From positions 66,957-130,956 of the forward strand of contig JAKAVV010000007.1 in NCBI GenBank assembly GCA_021817145.1: a DNA stretch of 64,000 nucleotides. The letters are read 5' to 3'. A program made the position numbers and the translations under genes. This document shows, piece by piece, positions 19,624 to 29,133 of the stretch (within the stretch, counting starts at the first letter, position 1; each line of letters starts with the position of its first letter). The notes beneath the pieces were generated by a model. That model made no database searches. It was given only the letters and a program-made list of their open reading frames with translations, and was not told where the DNA came from. Source of the stretch: a bacterium (lineage in GTDB: Bacteria > Vulcanimicrobiota > JABDET01).

Positions 19624-22600
19624 TCATGTTCCTGATAAGGTTATCCCCTTCTTCAAGAATTGACTGAGCCAGCTCTTTTTTTGTTTTCTGCAGAGCCAGC
19701 ACTTTTTCTTCCACTGTTCCTTTTGCGATTAAACGGTAAGCAAAAACAGGTTTGGTCTGCCCAATTCGATGGGTTCGATCAACTGCCTGGGATTCTACTG
19801 CCGGGTTCCACCAGGGATCCAGGAGAAAAACGTACTCTGCTGAGGTAAGGTTTAAACCAAACCCTCCAGCCTTTAAACTGATTAAAAAGATTTTGCATTC
19901 TGGATCCTGCTCAAAATGATTGACTACTCCCTCTCTATCCGTGGTTTTCCCATCTAGATATTCATAAGGGATTTTTTCTTTTTCCAGATGATTTCGCACA
20001 AGGGCAAGAAATTTCGTGAATTGGGAAAAAACAAGGGCTTTGTGCCCTTCTTCAATAACCTCGAACAGTTGGGGGAAAAGGGCATCCAGCTTTGCGCTGC
20101 CTTGAAATGCAAGAGATTCGTCCAGTAAACCTGGATGACAGGCAGCCTGGCGAAGTCGCAGCAGGGCTTCTAAAATCTGGATTTTGGTTTTTGCTATTCC
20201 TTCTGTGTCAATCTGTTTAAGCAAGGAGCGCCGATAATATTCGCGCAGCTGAGCATACATTTCTTTCTGTTTCCCTTCCATTTCACAATAAATGAGCTGT
20301 TCTGTTTTAGCAGGGAGTTCAGGAGCCACATCTTCTTTTCTGCGGCGCAGTAGAAAAGGGCGAAGGGAACGGGATAGAAAGGGTTTGTTTTCTTCAGAAA
20401 CACTCCTCGTTTCGCCTCCTGACAATTTTTGGAATAAGGAGCTGTTCCCTAGAATGCTTGGATTTAAAAACTCGAACTGACTCCAGAGTTCACCTAGATG
20501 ATTTTCAACAGGAGTCCCTGTGAGGGCGACTCGATATTGTCCTGATAAAAGTCGAGCCGCTTTGGCTGAATCGCTGTTCGGGTTTTTAATTGCCTGTGAT
20601 TCATCCAGGATAAGATAATCAAATGGATAGTCTTTAAGAAAAAAAATATCTTTTCGAAGGGTTCCATAAGTTGTCAAAACAAGATCGTAATCTTTAAAAT
20701 GGTTTGTATTTTTTTCTCTGGAGGTTCCTGTGTGATCCAGAATCCGCAGATCAGGAGTAAATCTGCGGGCTTCTTGTTTCCAGTTAAAAATCAAGGATTT
20801 TGGAACTACAGCAAGAGAAGGGGGGATTCGTTTTTCTTTATTAGAATTTTTTCTGGCGGCAAGCAGAGCTAAAATCTGGATTGTTTTTCCAAGCCCCATA
20901 TCATCCGCTAAAATTCCCCCGAATCCAAACTCCTGTAGAAAGAAGAGCCATCCTAATCCGATTTTTTGATATTCTCGCAGTGTTCCTTGAAATGTTAAAG
21001 GGGGCTCTGCTCCTTTTATTCCTGTAAAATTTTGCAGTTTTTCACGGATTTTTGAAAATCGTTCATCGCTTTTTATTTCAGGTTGAAGAGAAAGGAGAGC
21101 ATCTAGAAAACCCGCCTGATTTTTTGAAAAAGTGACTGTTCCGTCTTTAATTTCGGCAAGGGATGAAAGCAGCCCGTACTGCTGCAGCCATTCTTCAGGA
21201 AGGATCCCAACTGTTCCATCATCTAAAACAACTGTATTTTCTTTTTTTCTTACCGCTTCCAGAATTTTAGGGAAAGGGACAGAGGATCCTTCAAAGTCCA
21301 CCTGCCCATCCAGCTCAAACCAGTCTATTTCTGTGGAGATTTTTAAAGTGGAAGAACGGAGGGGACGAAAGAGTTTCCCTTCTGCTTCCACATGCCACTC
21401 TTTTTCCACCAGAACTTTAACCGTTTTATTTAATTTTGAAATAGGGAGTTCCCATCCCTGTCCACCGTTTTTTCCTGTTAATCGAAATCCATGCTCCAGT
21501 AAAAGTTTCTGCGCCTGGTTTTCTTCAATAAAGTTTCTTTCATGAATTTCTCTTTCCCCTGCATGAAAAAGAACGTGTCTTGGATCCTGTGGATAGATCT
21601 CAAGACCATTGTATGAGAAAGATAACTTTGCAAAAACAGTGGGTCTGTATTTTAGATTTAGATCAGGGGATTTTAAGTGAAGGTTTGGTTTTGGGGGTGA
21701 AGAAACTTTTGTGATTTTAAATTCTTCAGGGAGCTCTAATAAAGGGAGTTGGGGTAAGGAGAGGAGTTCGGCTAGAAAATTTTCTTTTTCGTTTTCATGA
21801 ATTTGGATCTCATTTTTTTTACACAACATCACAATCCATGGGAAAACTCCTGAGTCTTCTAATAAGGCGGCGCGGTCGGGAAAGAAAACAGCCCCTCCTG
21901 CAGCCAGAAGTGAAGGCTGATCCAGTGGAATTTTTTCTCCCTTTCTGGAAAGCACTCCTTTGCCAATAAAATAAGGGGGATGTGATGAAAATTCTAGAGA
22001 AAATCCCCATGGTTTCCCTTCTTCCCACTGCAGGGGATGGGAATGAAGGGTATTAGTTTCTCGCAAAAAAGCTTTTCCACTTTGGCAAATTTGAGGAAGG
22101 ATTCTTTTTACTCGATCTGCTGGAATAATGTAATATCCCCCATAATAACCTCGATAAGAATAGTTTCGATAGGAGTAACTTTGATAAGAATAGGATGGAT
22201 TCTTTTTTGGAGATAGATTTTCTGGAATTGCTGCAAGATAACTTAACAAGGCTTGATCAGAATCTGGCAGTTCAGGGAAAGAGTCGTTTTTTATTCTTGC
22301 CATTTTTGTCTTCCCCCAGGTTCCGTCTTTCTTTTTCTCGCGGAAAGCTGCTTCAATAGTAAGAGTATGGTTGGAAAAAGTTTGAGTTACATCCACAATA
22401 TAGACAATTTCAGAGTTTATGAGTGGAGAGGAAGTGGAATGAAAAGAAGGGGAAGGAAGTTGATTTTTGATTCGGGCAATATCAATTTTCCAATCAGGAA
22501 GCTGGGGCTCTTTCACAGAGACAAGGTTGACTTCCTGGGGTTCTTCAAGTTCTCTGAAATAATGATTCCAGCTTGCCATTAATAGGACTGCTGAAATATG

Positions 22601-22873
22601 AGGGCAAACTTTAAATGTATCCTGAAAAGCTCGGCAGGTGCAGAATACTTGCAGGTTTTTTTGATCTGCTGTGACCATGACTTCAAAAGGGCTGCCGTCT
22701 AAAACATGAGCCGCAATAAATTCCCCTTCTTTTAAAACGAGAATTCTGACCGTATCGTAAAAATAGGCGAGTTTCCGACCAAGTTCGAAGTTTTCAAATG
22801 GAATTTGATGGGTGATGTTTTGGATTAAAAAAGGGCCTGGCACATTATGGAGTATTTTTTGGGGAAAATCCAA
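19592..22873 (-). CDS. SNF2-family helicase with an N-terminal SWIM zinc finger
   Basis: A SWIM finger (CTCRAFQDTFKVCPHISAV) is present. SNF2 motif I (ILADDMGLGKTIQ) and motif II (LILDESQAIKN) are present, and the C-terminal helicase domain ends in QAVDRTHRIGQ. The ORF is 1093 aa. Confidence 0.85.
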   Translation of the reverse strand: MDFPQKILHNVPGPFLIQNITHQIPFENFELGRKLAYFYDTVRILVLKEGEFIAAHVLDGSPFEVMVTADQKNLQVFCTCRAFQDTFKVCPHISAVLLMASWNHYFRELEEPQEVNLVSVKEPQLPDWKIDIARIKNQLPSPSFHSTSSPLINSEIVYIVDVTQTFSNHTLTIEAAFREKKKDGTWGKTKMARIKNDSFPELPDSDQALLSYLAAIPENLSPKKNPSYSYQSYSYRNYSYRGYYGGYYIIPADRVKRILPQICQSGKAFLRETNTLHSHPLQWEEGKPWGFSLEFSSHPPYFIGKGVLSRKGEKIPLDQPSLLAAGGAVFFPDRAALLEDSGVFPWIVMLCKKNEIQIHENEKENFLAELLSLPQLPLLELPEEFKITKVSSPPKPNLHLKSPDLNLKYRPTVFAKLSFSYNGLEIYPQDPRHVLFHAGEREIHERNFIEENQAQKLLLEHGFRLTGKNGGQGWELPISKLNKTVKVLVEKEWHVEAEGKLFRPLRSSTLKISTEIDWFELDGQVDFEGSSVPFPKILEAVRKKENTVVLDDGTVGILPEEWLQQYGLLSSLAEIKDGTVTFSKNQAGFLDALLSLQPEIKSDERFSKIREKLQNFTGIKGAEPPLTFQGTLREYQKIGLGWLFFLQEFGFGGILADDMGLGKTIQILALLAARKNSNKEKRIPPSLAVVPKSLIFNWKQEARRFTPDLRILDHTGTSREKNTNHFKDYDLVLTTYGTLRKDIFFLKDYPFDYLILDESQAIKNPNSDSAKAARLLSGQYRVALTGTPVENHLGELWSQFEFLNPSILGNSSLFQKLSGGETRSVSEENKPFLSRSLRPFLLRRRKEDVAPELPAKTEQLIYCEMEGKQKEMYAQLREYYRRSLLKQIDTEGIAKTKIQILEALLRLRQAACHPGLLDESLAFQGSAKLDALFPQLFEVIEEGHKALVFSQFTKFLALVRNHLEKEKIPYEYLDGKTTDREGVVNHFEQDPECKIFLISLKAGGFGLNLTSAEYVFLLDPWWNPAVESQAVDRTHRIGQTKPVFAYRLIAKGTVEEKVLALQKTKKELAQSILEEGDNLIRNMTVHDLELLLS

Positions 22874-23012
22874 ATCCTGCTTTGGAGTGAGTAAAGAAAA
22901 ACCCTGCCTTGGTTTCTGCAGGGTTTAAAAGTACTAAAGTGCCATCCTGTCTTGGGTGGCGCGTAATGCTGTTCTAACTAACTTTTTGATTCATGTTTTA
23001 TCTGTCCTCAAC

Positions 23013-23582
23013 TTATTTGCGGAAGACCCATGTTCCATAAGTTTTTTGTGTGCCCTGCATTCCATTATGGACCACATATTTTCCAGGGAATTCATGAGGG
23101 GCGACCCAAACATTGATGGTTTCCCCGTTAAGGAGGTAGAAAGGAGGTCTTGCGGTATGCGGCTCACGAGCGATGAAATCTCTTAAGACCCCTACTTTTC
23201 TAGCATCTGGGAGTTTTTCTACGGTAACATTTCTGACATTCCAAATTCTGATTCTGTGTCCCTGCCAGATGCCGGAAAAAAATCGAACAGGGGGGCGTTT
23301 CATGGCAAAGACCCATGTTCCATAAGTTTTTTGTGTGCCTTGCATTCCATTATGGACCACATATTTTCCAGGGAATTGGCGGGGGGCGACCCAAACATTG
23401 ATGGTTTCTCCATTAAGGAGGTAGAAAGGAGGTCTTGCAGTATGCGGCTCACGAGCGATGAAATCTCTTAAGACCCCTACTTTTCTAGCATCTGGGAGTT
23501 TTTCTACGGTAACATTTCTGACATTCCAAATTCTGATTCTGTGTCCCTGCCAGATGCCGGAAAAAAATCGAACAGGGGTTTT
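23013..23582. repeat. Tandem duplication, 2 x 285 bp
   Basis: Copy 1 spans about 23013..23297 and copy 2 about 23298..23582. For example gacccatgttccataagttttttgtgtgcc occurs at 23025 and 23310. Only a few substitutions differ (RQFPG versus HEFPG). Confidence 0.85.
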
Positions 23583-23699
23583 TGCAGAATAAGTATCAAA
23601 AGCGGCAAATGCCTTTTGAGGGGAACCTAGAAGCAGTAGTGAAAAAACAAATGATAATGCGAGAAACGATAAAAATCCACGAACAATAATTTTTTTCAT
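23013..23699 (-). CDS. Secreted protein of unknown function containing a near-perfect internal tandem duplication
   Basis: A signal peptide (MKKIIVRGFLSFLALSFVFSLLLLGSPQKAFA) is followed by two 95-aa units that are about 97% identical at the nucleotide level. Confidence 0.5.
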   Translation of the reverse strand: MKKIIVRGFLSFLALSFVFSLLLLGSPQKAFAAFDTYSAKTPVRFFSGIWQGHRIRIWNVRNVTVEKLPDARKVGVLRDFIAREPHTARPPFYLLNGETINVWVAPRQFPGKYVVHNGMQGTQKTYGTWVFAMKRPPVRFFSGIWQGHRIRIWNVRNVTVEKLPDARKVGVLRDFIAREPHTARPPFYLLNGETINVWVAPHEFPGKYVVHNGMQGTQKTYGTWVFRK

Positions 23700-23807
23700 T
23701 GACTCCTCCTTGCCTTTTTTTGTTTGTTATTTAACGCGCGCAGCGGTTTTCCTTCTCATGACTTCGTTGGTCTGTGCCTCTATTTGCAGCGATTTTAAAA
23801 AAGTATA

Positions 23808-23836
23808 TTGACAAATTATGAAGAATGTGATAACAT
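23808..23836 (+). promoter_or_regulatory. Putative sigma70-type promoter for dps
   Basis: TTGACA lies at 23808..23813 and TAACAT at 23831..23836 with a 17-nt spacer. AGGAGG lies at 23863..23868, 6 nt before the ATG at 23875. Confidence 0.45.
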
Positions 23837-23874
23837 AAAGAGTTAAATCAATTTAAAAAATAAGGAGGAAAAAA

Positions 23875-24372
23875 ATGCAAACAAATGCTGCTCATTATGA
23901 TAAACAGATTGGACTTTCAGAGGAAGAGAGAAAGGGCTCTGCTTCTATTTTGAATGCTCTGCTCTCAGATGAGTATCTGCTTTACACTAAAACCCGGAAT
24001 TACCACTGGAATGTTGTTGGACCCCAATTTAATGATCTTCATAAGTTTTTTGAAGCTCAGTACGAGGCGCTGAATGATATAGTGGATGATGTGGCTGAAA
24101 GAGCAAGAGCTTTAAATGAACCGGCTTTAGGCACAATGACTGAATTTTTAAAACAGGCTCGTTTAAAAGAGGAGCCCGGAAAATATCCGGATGCCAGAAC
24201 TATGATTTCGGATTTGCTCTCAGACCATGAAGCCATTATTCGAACTTTACGCTCTGATTTAGAAACCTGTTTAAATCGTTTCCATGATATGGGAACCAAC
24301 GATTTTCTAACCGGGCTTATGGAAAAACATGAGAAAATGGGATGGATGTTGAGGGCTTTTCTGCGGAATTAG
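23875..24372 (+). CDS. dps: Dps-family DNA-protection / ferritin-like protein
   Basis: YTKTRNYHWNVVGPQFNDLHKFFEAQYE is the Dps ferroxidase-site region. The ORF is 165 aa. Confidence 0.85.
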   Translation: MQTNAAHYDKQIGLSEEERKGSASILNALLSDEYLLYTKTRNYHWNVVGPQFNDLHKFFEAQYEALNDIVDDVAERARALNEPALGTMTEFLKQARLKEEPGKYPDARTMISDLLSDHEAIIRTLRSDLETCLNRFHDMGTNDFLTGLMEKHEKMGWMLRAFLRN

Positions 24373-25013
24373 CCTCTCAATTTTTGGATAGCGGTTTTGG
24401 GATCATCATGGCTTGAGAAAACAGCGCTTCCAGCAACCAGGACTGTGGCTCCAGCTTCTTTAACTAAAGGGGCTGTTTCAGGATGGATCCCTCCATCTAC
24501 CTCTAATTCAATGAGGTGATCCGCTTTTTTTATTAATTCTTTTGCTTTTTGAATTTTTGGAAGAGAGGATTTAATAAAAGACTGGGCGCCAAACCCTGGA
24601 TCAACAGTCATAATTAAAAGCAGATCCAGAACTTCTAAAACATTTTCGGCAAAAGCCAGAGGGGTTGCGGGATTTAACGCAAGCCCCGCTTTTTTCCCAA
24701 GAGAACGAATAGAAGATAACGTGCGGTAAAGGGTTGGACAGGTTTCTGCGTGGACGGTTAAAATATCTGCTCCTGAATCAGCATAAGTTTTTAAATACGG
24801 ATCAGGATTTGCGATCATAAGGTGAACATCAAAAGGGAGACCTGTTTTTCCCCTTACAGATTGAATAATCATGGGACCAATGGTAAGATTAGGAACGAAA
24901 TGCCCATCCATGACATCAAAATGAATATAGTCGGCATGGTCTTTAATGCGTTCGATCTCAGAGGAGAGGTTGGAAAAATCAGCGCTGAGAAGAGAGGGTG
25001 AGATTTTAATCAT
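24369..25013 (-). CDS. rpe: Ribulose-phosphate 3-epimerase
   Basis: ISPSLLSADFSNL...HFDVMDGHFVPNLTIGP is the canonical Rpe sequence. Confidence 0.9.
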   Translation of the reverse strand: MIKISPSLLSADFSNLSSEIERIKDHADYIHFDVMDGHFVPNLTIGPMIIQSVRGKTGLPFDVHLMIANPDPYLKTYADSGADILTVHAETCPTLYRTLSSIRSLGKKAGLALNPATPLAFAENVLEVLDLLLIMTVDPGFGAQSFIKSSLPKIQKAKELIKKADHLIELEVDGGIHPETAPLVKEAGATVLVAGSAVFSSHDDPKTAIQKLRG

Positions 25014-25807
25014 GATTCAATAATATTTTCTAGCCCAACCACAAGCCCTTTCAGCTCTCTTACCTTTCGGACAGCGATCAAAACTCCAGGCATAAATGAT
25101 TCTCGTGATAAACTGTCATGACGAAGCGTTAAAACTTCTCCTTCCCCCCCAAAGATGACTTCTTCATGGGCGACAAAACCAGGGAGTCGGACAGAATGAA
25201 TTCGAATCCCATTCACTTCTCCACCCCTGACTCCTGAAATTTTCTCTTCGCTGGGATGGTTTTCGAATTCTGCTCTTGCTTCTTTCATAAGGGAAGCGGT
25301 TCGAAGAGCTGTCCCAGAGGGGGCATCCAGTTTTTTATCATGATGCAGTTCAATAATTTCGCTTGAGCGGTAATATTTTGCCGCTTCTTTAGCGAATTTC
25401 ATCAATAGGACTGCCCCTATGGCAAAATTTGGGGCAATTAAAGCGGGTGTTTCGAACTTTTCACACCATTCCTGTATTTTTTTATAATCTTCCTCTCTGA
25501 ATCCTGTTGTTCCAATCACACAGGGGATTTTATGTTTTAATCCGATTTCTAGATGGGTTAAAGCAGCTTCATATCGAGTGAAATCCACGATGACATCTGT
25601 TTTTTTGGATAGGATTGCACTTTCAAGAAAAGGGGTGATGGAGATTCCTAGTGAGCCGATTCCAGCAAGAGATCCGGCATCTTGTCCTGAATGGCTGGCA
25701 TCAATAGCAGCTGACACCGCCATATCCTTTTCATGAGAAACCGCTTTTACCACTTCTCTTCCCATTTTGCCGGATGCTCCAGCAACAGCCACTAAGATTT
25801 TTTCCAT
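25010..25807 (-). CDS. dapB: 4-hydroxy-tetrahydrodipicolinate reductase
   Basis: An N-terminal Rossmann fold (VAVAGASGKMGREV) is present. A 265-aa size with DapB-like C-terminal tetramerisation region; the ORF overlaps rpe by 4 bp. Confidence 0.85.
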   Translation of the reverse strand: MEKILVAVAGASGKMGREVVKAVSHEKDMAVSAAIDASHSGQDAGSLAGIGSLGISITPFLESAILSKKTDVIVDFTRYEAALTHLEIGLKHKIPCVIGTTGFREEDYKKIQEWCEKFETPALIAPNFAIGAVLLMKFAKEAAKYYRSSEIIELHHDKKLDAPSGTALRTASLMKEARAEFENHPSEEKISGVRGGEVNGIRIHSVRLPGFVAHEEVIFGGEGEVLTLRHDSLSRESFMPGVLIAVRKVRELKGLVVGLENIIES

Positions 25808-25844
25808 ATTAGTATTCCCCTTGATTTATTTCTTGGATTACCAT

Positions 25845-27098
25845 TTAGCCCACTTTAATCTCTTGTTTTATCGGTCCTAAAACAGCCCATGTCAGGGCAT
25901 CCAGTTGAAAGATTTCTTGAGCAATATTTTTAATATCCTGAAGCCCTGCTTCTTGGATTTTCTTTAAAATTTCTTTGTGAGGAATGAATCGTTTGTGATA
26001 AACTTCATCTTTTGCCATTCGGATCATTCGGTTGGAGGAGCTTTCAAGAAACAAGGCAGTTCCTCCTTTGAGATGTTCTTTTGCTGTATGGAGTTCTTTT
26101 GCAGTAACCCCCTTATCTTTCACAGCAGCAAGATTTTCAAGAACCAGTTGTGTGACTGTTTCCAGATTAGAAGGGCTTGCCGCCCCATAAACTCCAAAAA
26201 TGGCGCTGTCTGCATAAGCTCCTTGAAATGTAGAAATCGAATAAACCAGCCCCCGCTTTTCTCTGATTTCCTGGAACAAGCGAGAACTGACACTCCCCCC
26301 TACAATGGTGTCTAAAAGAGAAAAAACATATCGCTTTTCATCGGTTTGGGGAACCCCTTTCATCCCAATACAGAAATGAACTTGTTCTGTGTCTTTGTAT
26401 TTTGTGATTTGTGATGGAGTAAATTGAGGAGGGGGAAGGTTAATCCTGGAATGATTGGATCTTCTTGAAAATTGAAAATATGTTTGGGTCAGTTTAACGA
26501 TTTCTTCATGCTTTACTTTTCCCGCGACAGAAATGATAATGTGTTCAGGTGTGTAAAATCGTTCTACAAATTGACGAAGTGTTTGACGATTAGTCTGAAG
26601 GATTGACTCTTTTGTTCCAAGAATGGGAAGCCCGAGAGGGTGGTTCTTCCAGGCTGTTTGAGCCATTAAATCAAAAACTAGTTCATCAGGGGAATCTTCG
26701 TACATTTTAATCTCTTCGAGAATGACCCCTTTTTCTCGCTCTACTTCAGGTTCGGGAAAATGCGAATTTAAGATCATGTCTCCCATGATCTCCATAGCGG
26801 TTGGAATATGTTTGTCCATGACTTTTGCATAAAAACAGGTTTGCTCTTTTTCCGTGAAAGCATTCAAGTTTCCCCCAATTCCATCCATTATTTCCGCGAT
26901 TTCTTTTGCGGAATGAGAGGGGGTTCCTTTAAACATTAGATGCTCGAGGAAATGAGAGACTCCTCGATTAGAATCCTCTTCATCCTGGCTGCCGACATTG
27001 ACCCAGATTCCAATAGAAGCGGATGGATATTGAGGAATTCGTTCTGTTACAATCCGAAGACCATTGGGCAAAACAGTTTTTTGAAAAGTTTCTTTCAT
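25845..27098 (-). CDS. M16-family zinc peptidase (pitrilysin/insulinase-like)
   Basis: The inverted zincin motif HFLEHLMFKGT (HxxEH) is present. The ORF is 417 aa. Confidence 0.8.
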   Translation of the reverse strand: MKETFQKTVLPNGLRIVTERIPQYPSASIGIWVNVGSQDEEDSNRGVSHFLEHLMFKGTPSHSAKEIAEIMDGIGGNLNAFTEKEQTCFYAKVMDKHIPTAMEIMGDMILNSHFPEPEVEREKGVILEEIKMYEDSPDELVFDLMAQTAWKNHPLGLPILGTKESILQTNRQTLRQFVERFYTPEHIIISVAGKVKHEEIVKLTQTYFQFSRRSNHSRINLPPPQFTPSQITKYKDTEQVHFCIGMKGVPQTDEKRYVFSLLDTIVGGSVSSRLFQEIREKRGLVYSISTFQGAYADSAIFGVYGAASPSNLETVTQLVLENLAAVKDKGVTAKELHTAKEHLKGGTALFLESSSNRMIRMAKDEVYHKRFIPHKEILKKIQEAGLQDIKNIAQEIFQLDALTWAVLGPIKQEIKVG

Positions 27099-27166
27099 GG
27101 GTGAAGTTTTAATTCTCTTTAGAAGGTCAGGTTCCTTTAGGGTTTGCCGTCAGTTAGAACTTGATC

Positions 27167-28600
27167 TCAATTTCTGACAAAGATCATCAGTCCATCTCTC
27201 GATATTTTTAGAATAAACTTTTTTTGATATGCGATTTTAGGGGTTACTTTAAAGTCTTGATACCACTGTTTAAAATTTGGATCCATGACAAGATACTGAG
27301 CGTTTTTTTGATAAAAAGGTTTAACAAAACATCCATGGGGAATAAGCCCTGTAAAATTTGGTTGAGCTGAGACAATGGAACCAGGAGGGATTTTGGAGAT
27401 AAGTTTTCTTATGGTTCGATCCTTTTGGGTGATCCAGGGGATTTTGAACGGGATTCTTAAAGGGGTTGAACTGAAAAGAAGAGTGCATAAAATTGTGAAA
27501 GTCAACTGAGTTTTTAAAATTTTATTCAGTGTTTTTTCAGGGGTTTTGGAACGAGTCATCATTTTTTTGGTTCCGTACATGGCAGAGATAAAGATAAAAG
27601 GAATTAAAACAGCGGGATAACGGTTCCCTGTCATACTCATCATCGAAGTTTTGCTGAGGAGATTTGCTGAAAGGGATGGAATGGTCATAAAAAGAGGGCC
27701 TGGAGCCATGAGAGACAAGAAAGCCAATGGAGCCAGAAGTTCAAGACAATAAAAAATTTTAGGACGAGTAAAAGCGGTTTGAATCGCGATGATGGGATGT
27801 GAAAGAATCCCTATGAGAAGAGATTGGAGAGTATTGGCGCCAAACATCGAGTATCGATCTTGGGATGAAAGATATTGATAAGGGGCATTTCTAAAAAAGG
27901 GGATTAAAACATCCACACACAGGAAAGACCATCCCATTCCTAAAATAAACAAAGAAAATCCTTGCAGAAGCAGTGATTTTTTAGATTCTTTATACCCCAA
28001 AAATGCCAAATAAAGTCCAAAGAATCCTACGGTTAAACCGATCTCTTCTTTGCACATCATCCCTAAAATCAACATGCTCCACATAAGGATATATTTTTCT
28101 TCTAAAAAGAAGTAATAGGCAAACAAAAGAAGAGGAATCACGTAAGCCAGCTCATTGATCAAGTCCCAGGTAACCCCTTGCAGAACGTGGTTAAGGGAAA
28201 ATAGAAGCGCGAAAAATAAAGCTGGCTTTTCATCTTTGAAAATTTTTCGAGCGATTAAAAAAAGAGGGATAATGCTGACGGCTCCTGCTGCAGCCTGACA
28301 GATAATAAGGGTGACAGGGGATGGGAATAAAGCATAAATTGGAGCGAGGAACCCAAAAATAGGAGAAAAGTGAACTCCTAAATGATTATAACCTTCAATA
28401 CTGTCATAAAACCCTTTTCCATGAATAAAATACCACATTGCTTGATCAAAAACCGCCACATCATTTGACATTTGAGTGAAAGAGAAAAATCTTAAAAGGT
28501 CAAGCGCGCAGAAAACCAAAAAATAGCTGAGAACAATAAGAGTCAGTTTCCAGGAATTGGATTTATTAGTCTTGAATTTATTTATCATTAGTTTGCACAA
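27167..28600 (-). CDS. Polytopic integral membrane protein of unknown function
   Basis: The ORF is 477 aa with at least 9 predicted hydrophobic helices. No catalytic motif was recognised. Confidence 0.4.
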   Translation of the reverse strand: MCKLMINKFKTNKSNSWKLTLIVLSYFLVFCALDLLRFFSFTQMSNDVAVFDQAMWYFIHGKGFYDSIEGYNHLGVHFSPIFGFLAPIYALFPSPVTLIICQAAAGAVSIIPLFLIARKIFKDEKPALFFALLFSLNHVLQGVTWDLINELAYVIPLLLFAYYFFLEEKYILMWSMLILGMMCKEEIGLTVGFFGLYLAFLGYKESKKSLLLQGFSLFILGMGWSFLCVDVLIPFFRNAPYQYLSSQDRYSMFGANTLQSLLIGILSHPIIAIQTAFTRPKIFYCLELLAPLAFLSLMAPGPLFMTIPSLSANLLSKTSMMSMTGNRYPAVLIPFIFISAMYGTKKMMTRSKTPEKTLNKILKTQLTFTILCTLLFSSTPLRIPFKIPWITQKDRTIRKLISKIPPGSIVSAQPNFTGLIPHGCFVKPFYQKNAQYLVMDPNFKQWYQDFKVTPKIAYQKKFILKISRDGLMIFVRN

Positions 28601-28639
28601 ACTGTTTTTACTTTTTCATGGTTTTACCTTTTTAAAAAT

Positions 28640-29110
28640 GTGAGATGCATCAGGGTGAGTTTGAAGTTTTTAATCCGTAAAGCCAAATTGTCAGATGCCG
28701 ATTTTCTTGCCGATCTGTCAGGAGAATTAGGGTATCCTGCCTCTAAAAAAGAGATGACTGTCAGGTTGAAGTCAATTTTACCTGATTCTTCACATGCTGT
28801 ATTTGCCGCAGAAACCGCGCGAAAACGGATTGTGGGTTGGATTCATGTCTGTGTTAGAAAGTGTGTGGAATCAAACTCCTTCCCTGAAATTGTAGGTCTG
28901 GTTGTATCTCGCGAATTCAGAGGAAAAGGGATAGGGAAGGCTCTCCTGCAGAAAGCGGAAGAATGGGCATTAAGCGGAAATTTTCAGACAATTTGTTTGA
29001 GGTCAAGAACGACCCGCAGAGAGGCGCATCAGTTTTATGAACATTCAGGTTATAAAATTGTCAAAACTCAAAAGGTCTTTAAAAGGGTTTTAAACACCTT
29101 CATCGAATAA
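28640..29110 (+). CDS. GNAT-family N-acetyltransferase
   Basis: An acetyl-CoA-binding motif is present (VVSREFRGKGIGKALLQKAEEWA). Confidence 0.75.
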   Translation: MRCIRVSLKFLIRKAKLSDADFLADLSGELGYPASKKEMTVRLKSILPDSSHAVFAAETARKRIVGWIHVCVRKCVESNSFPEIVGLVVSREFRGKGIGKALLQKAEEWALSGNFQTICLRSRTTRREAHQFYEHSGYKIVKTQKVFKRVLNTFIE

Positions 29111-29133
29111 AGTAAGCTTGGCGCAAAGTCGTT

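Noticed and set aside
16057-22873. The SNF2 helicase adjacent to a DNA methyltransferase was considered as a DISARM-like system.
   Set aside because: No DrmA (DUF1998-partner helicase), DrmB or PLD-nuclease homologues are present. SWIM-SNF2 helicases are widespread stand-alone proteins. The adjacency is noted only as context.
25977-26315. The 112-aa plus-strand ORF inside the M16 peptidase gene was considered as a gene.
   Set aside because: It is antisense to a well-supported gene and Cys/Phe-rich in composition, typical of a spurious frame in A/T-rich DNA.
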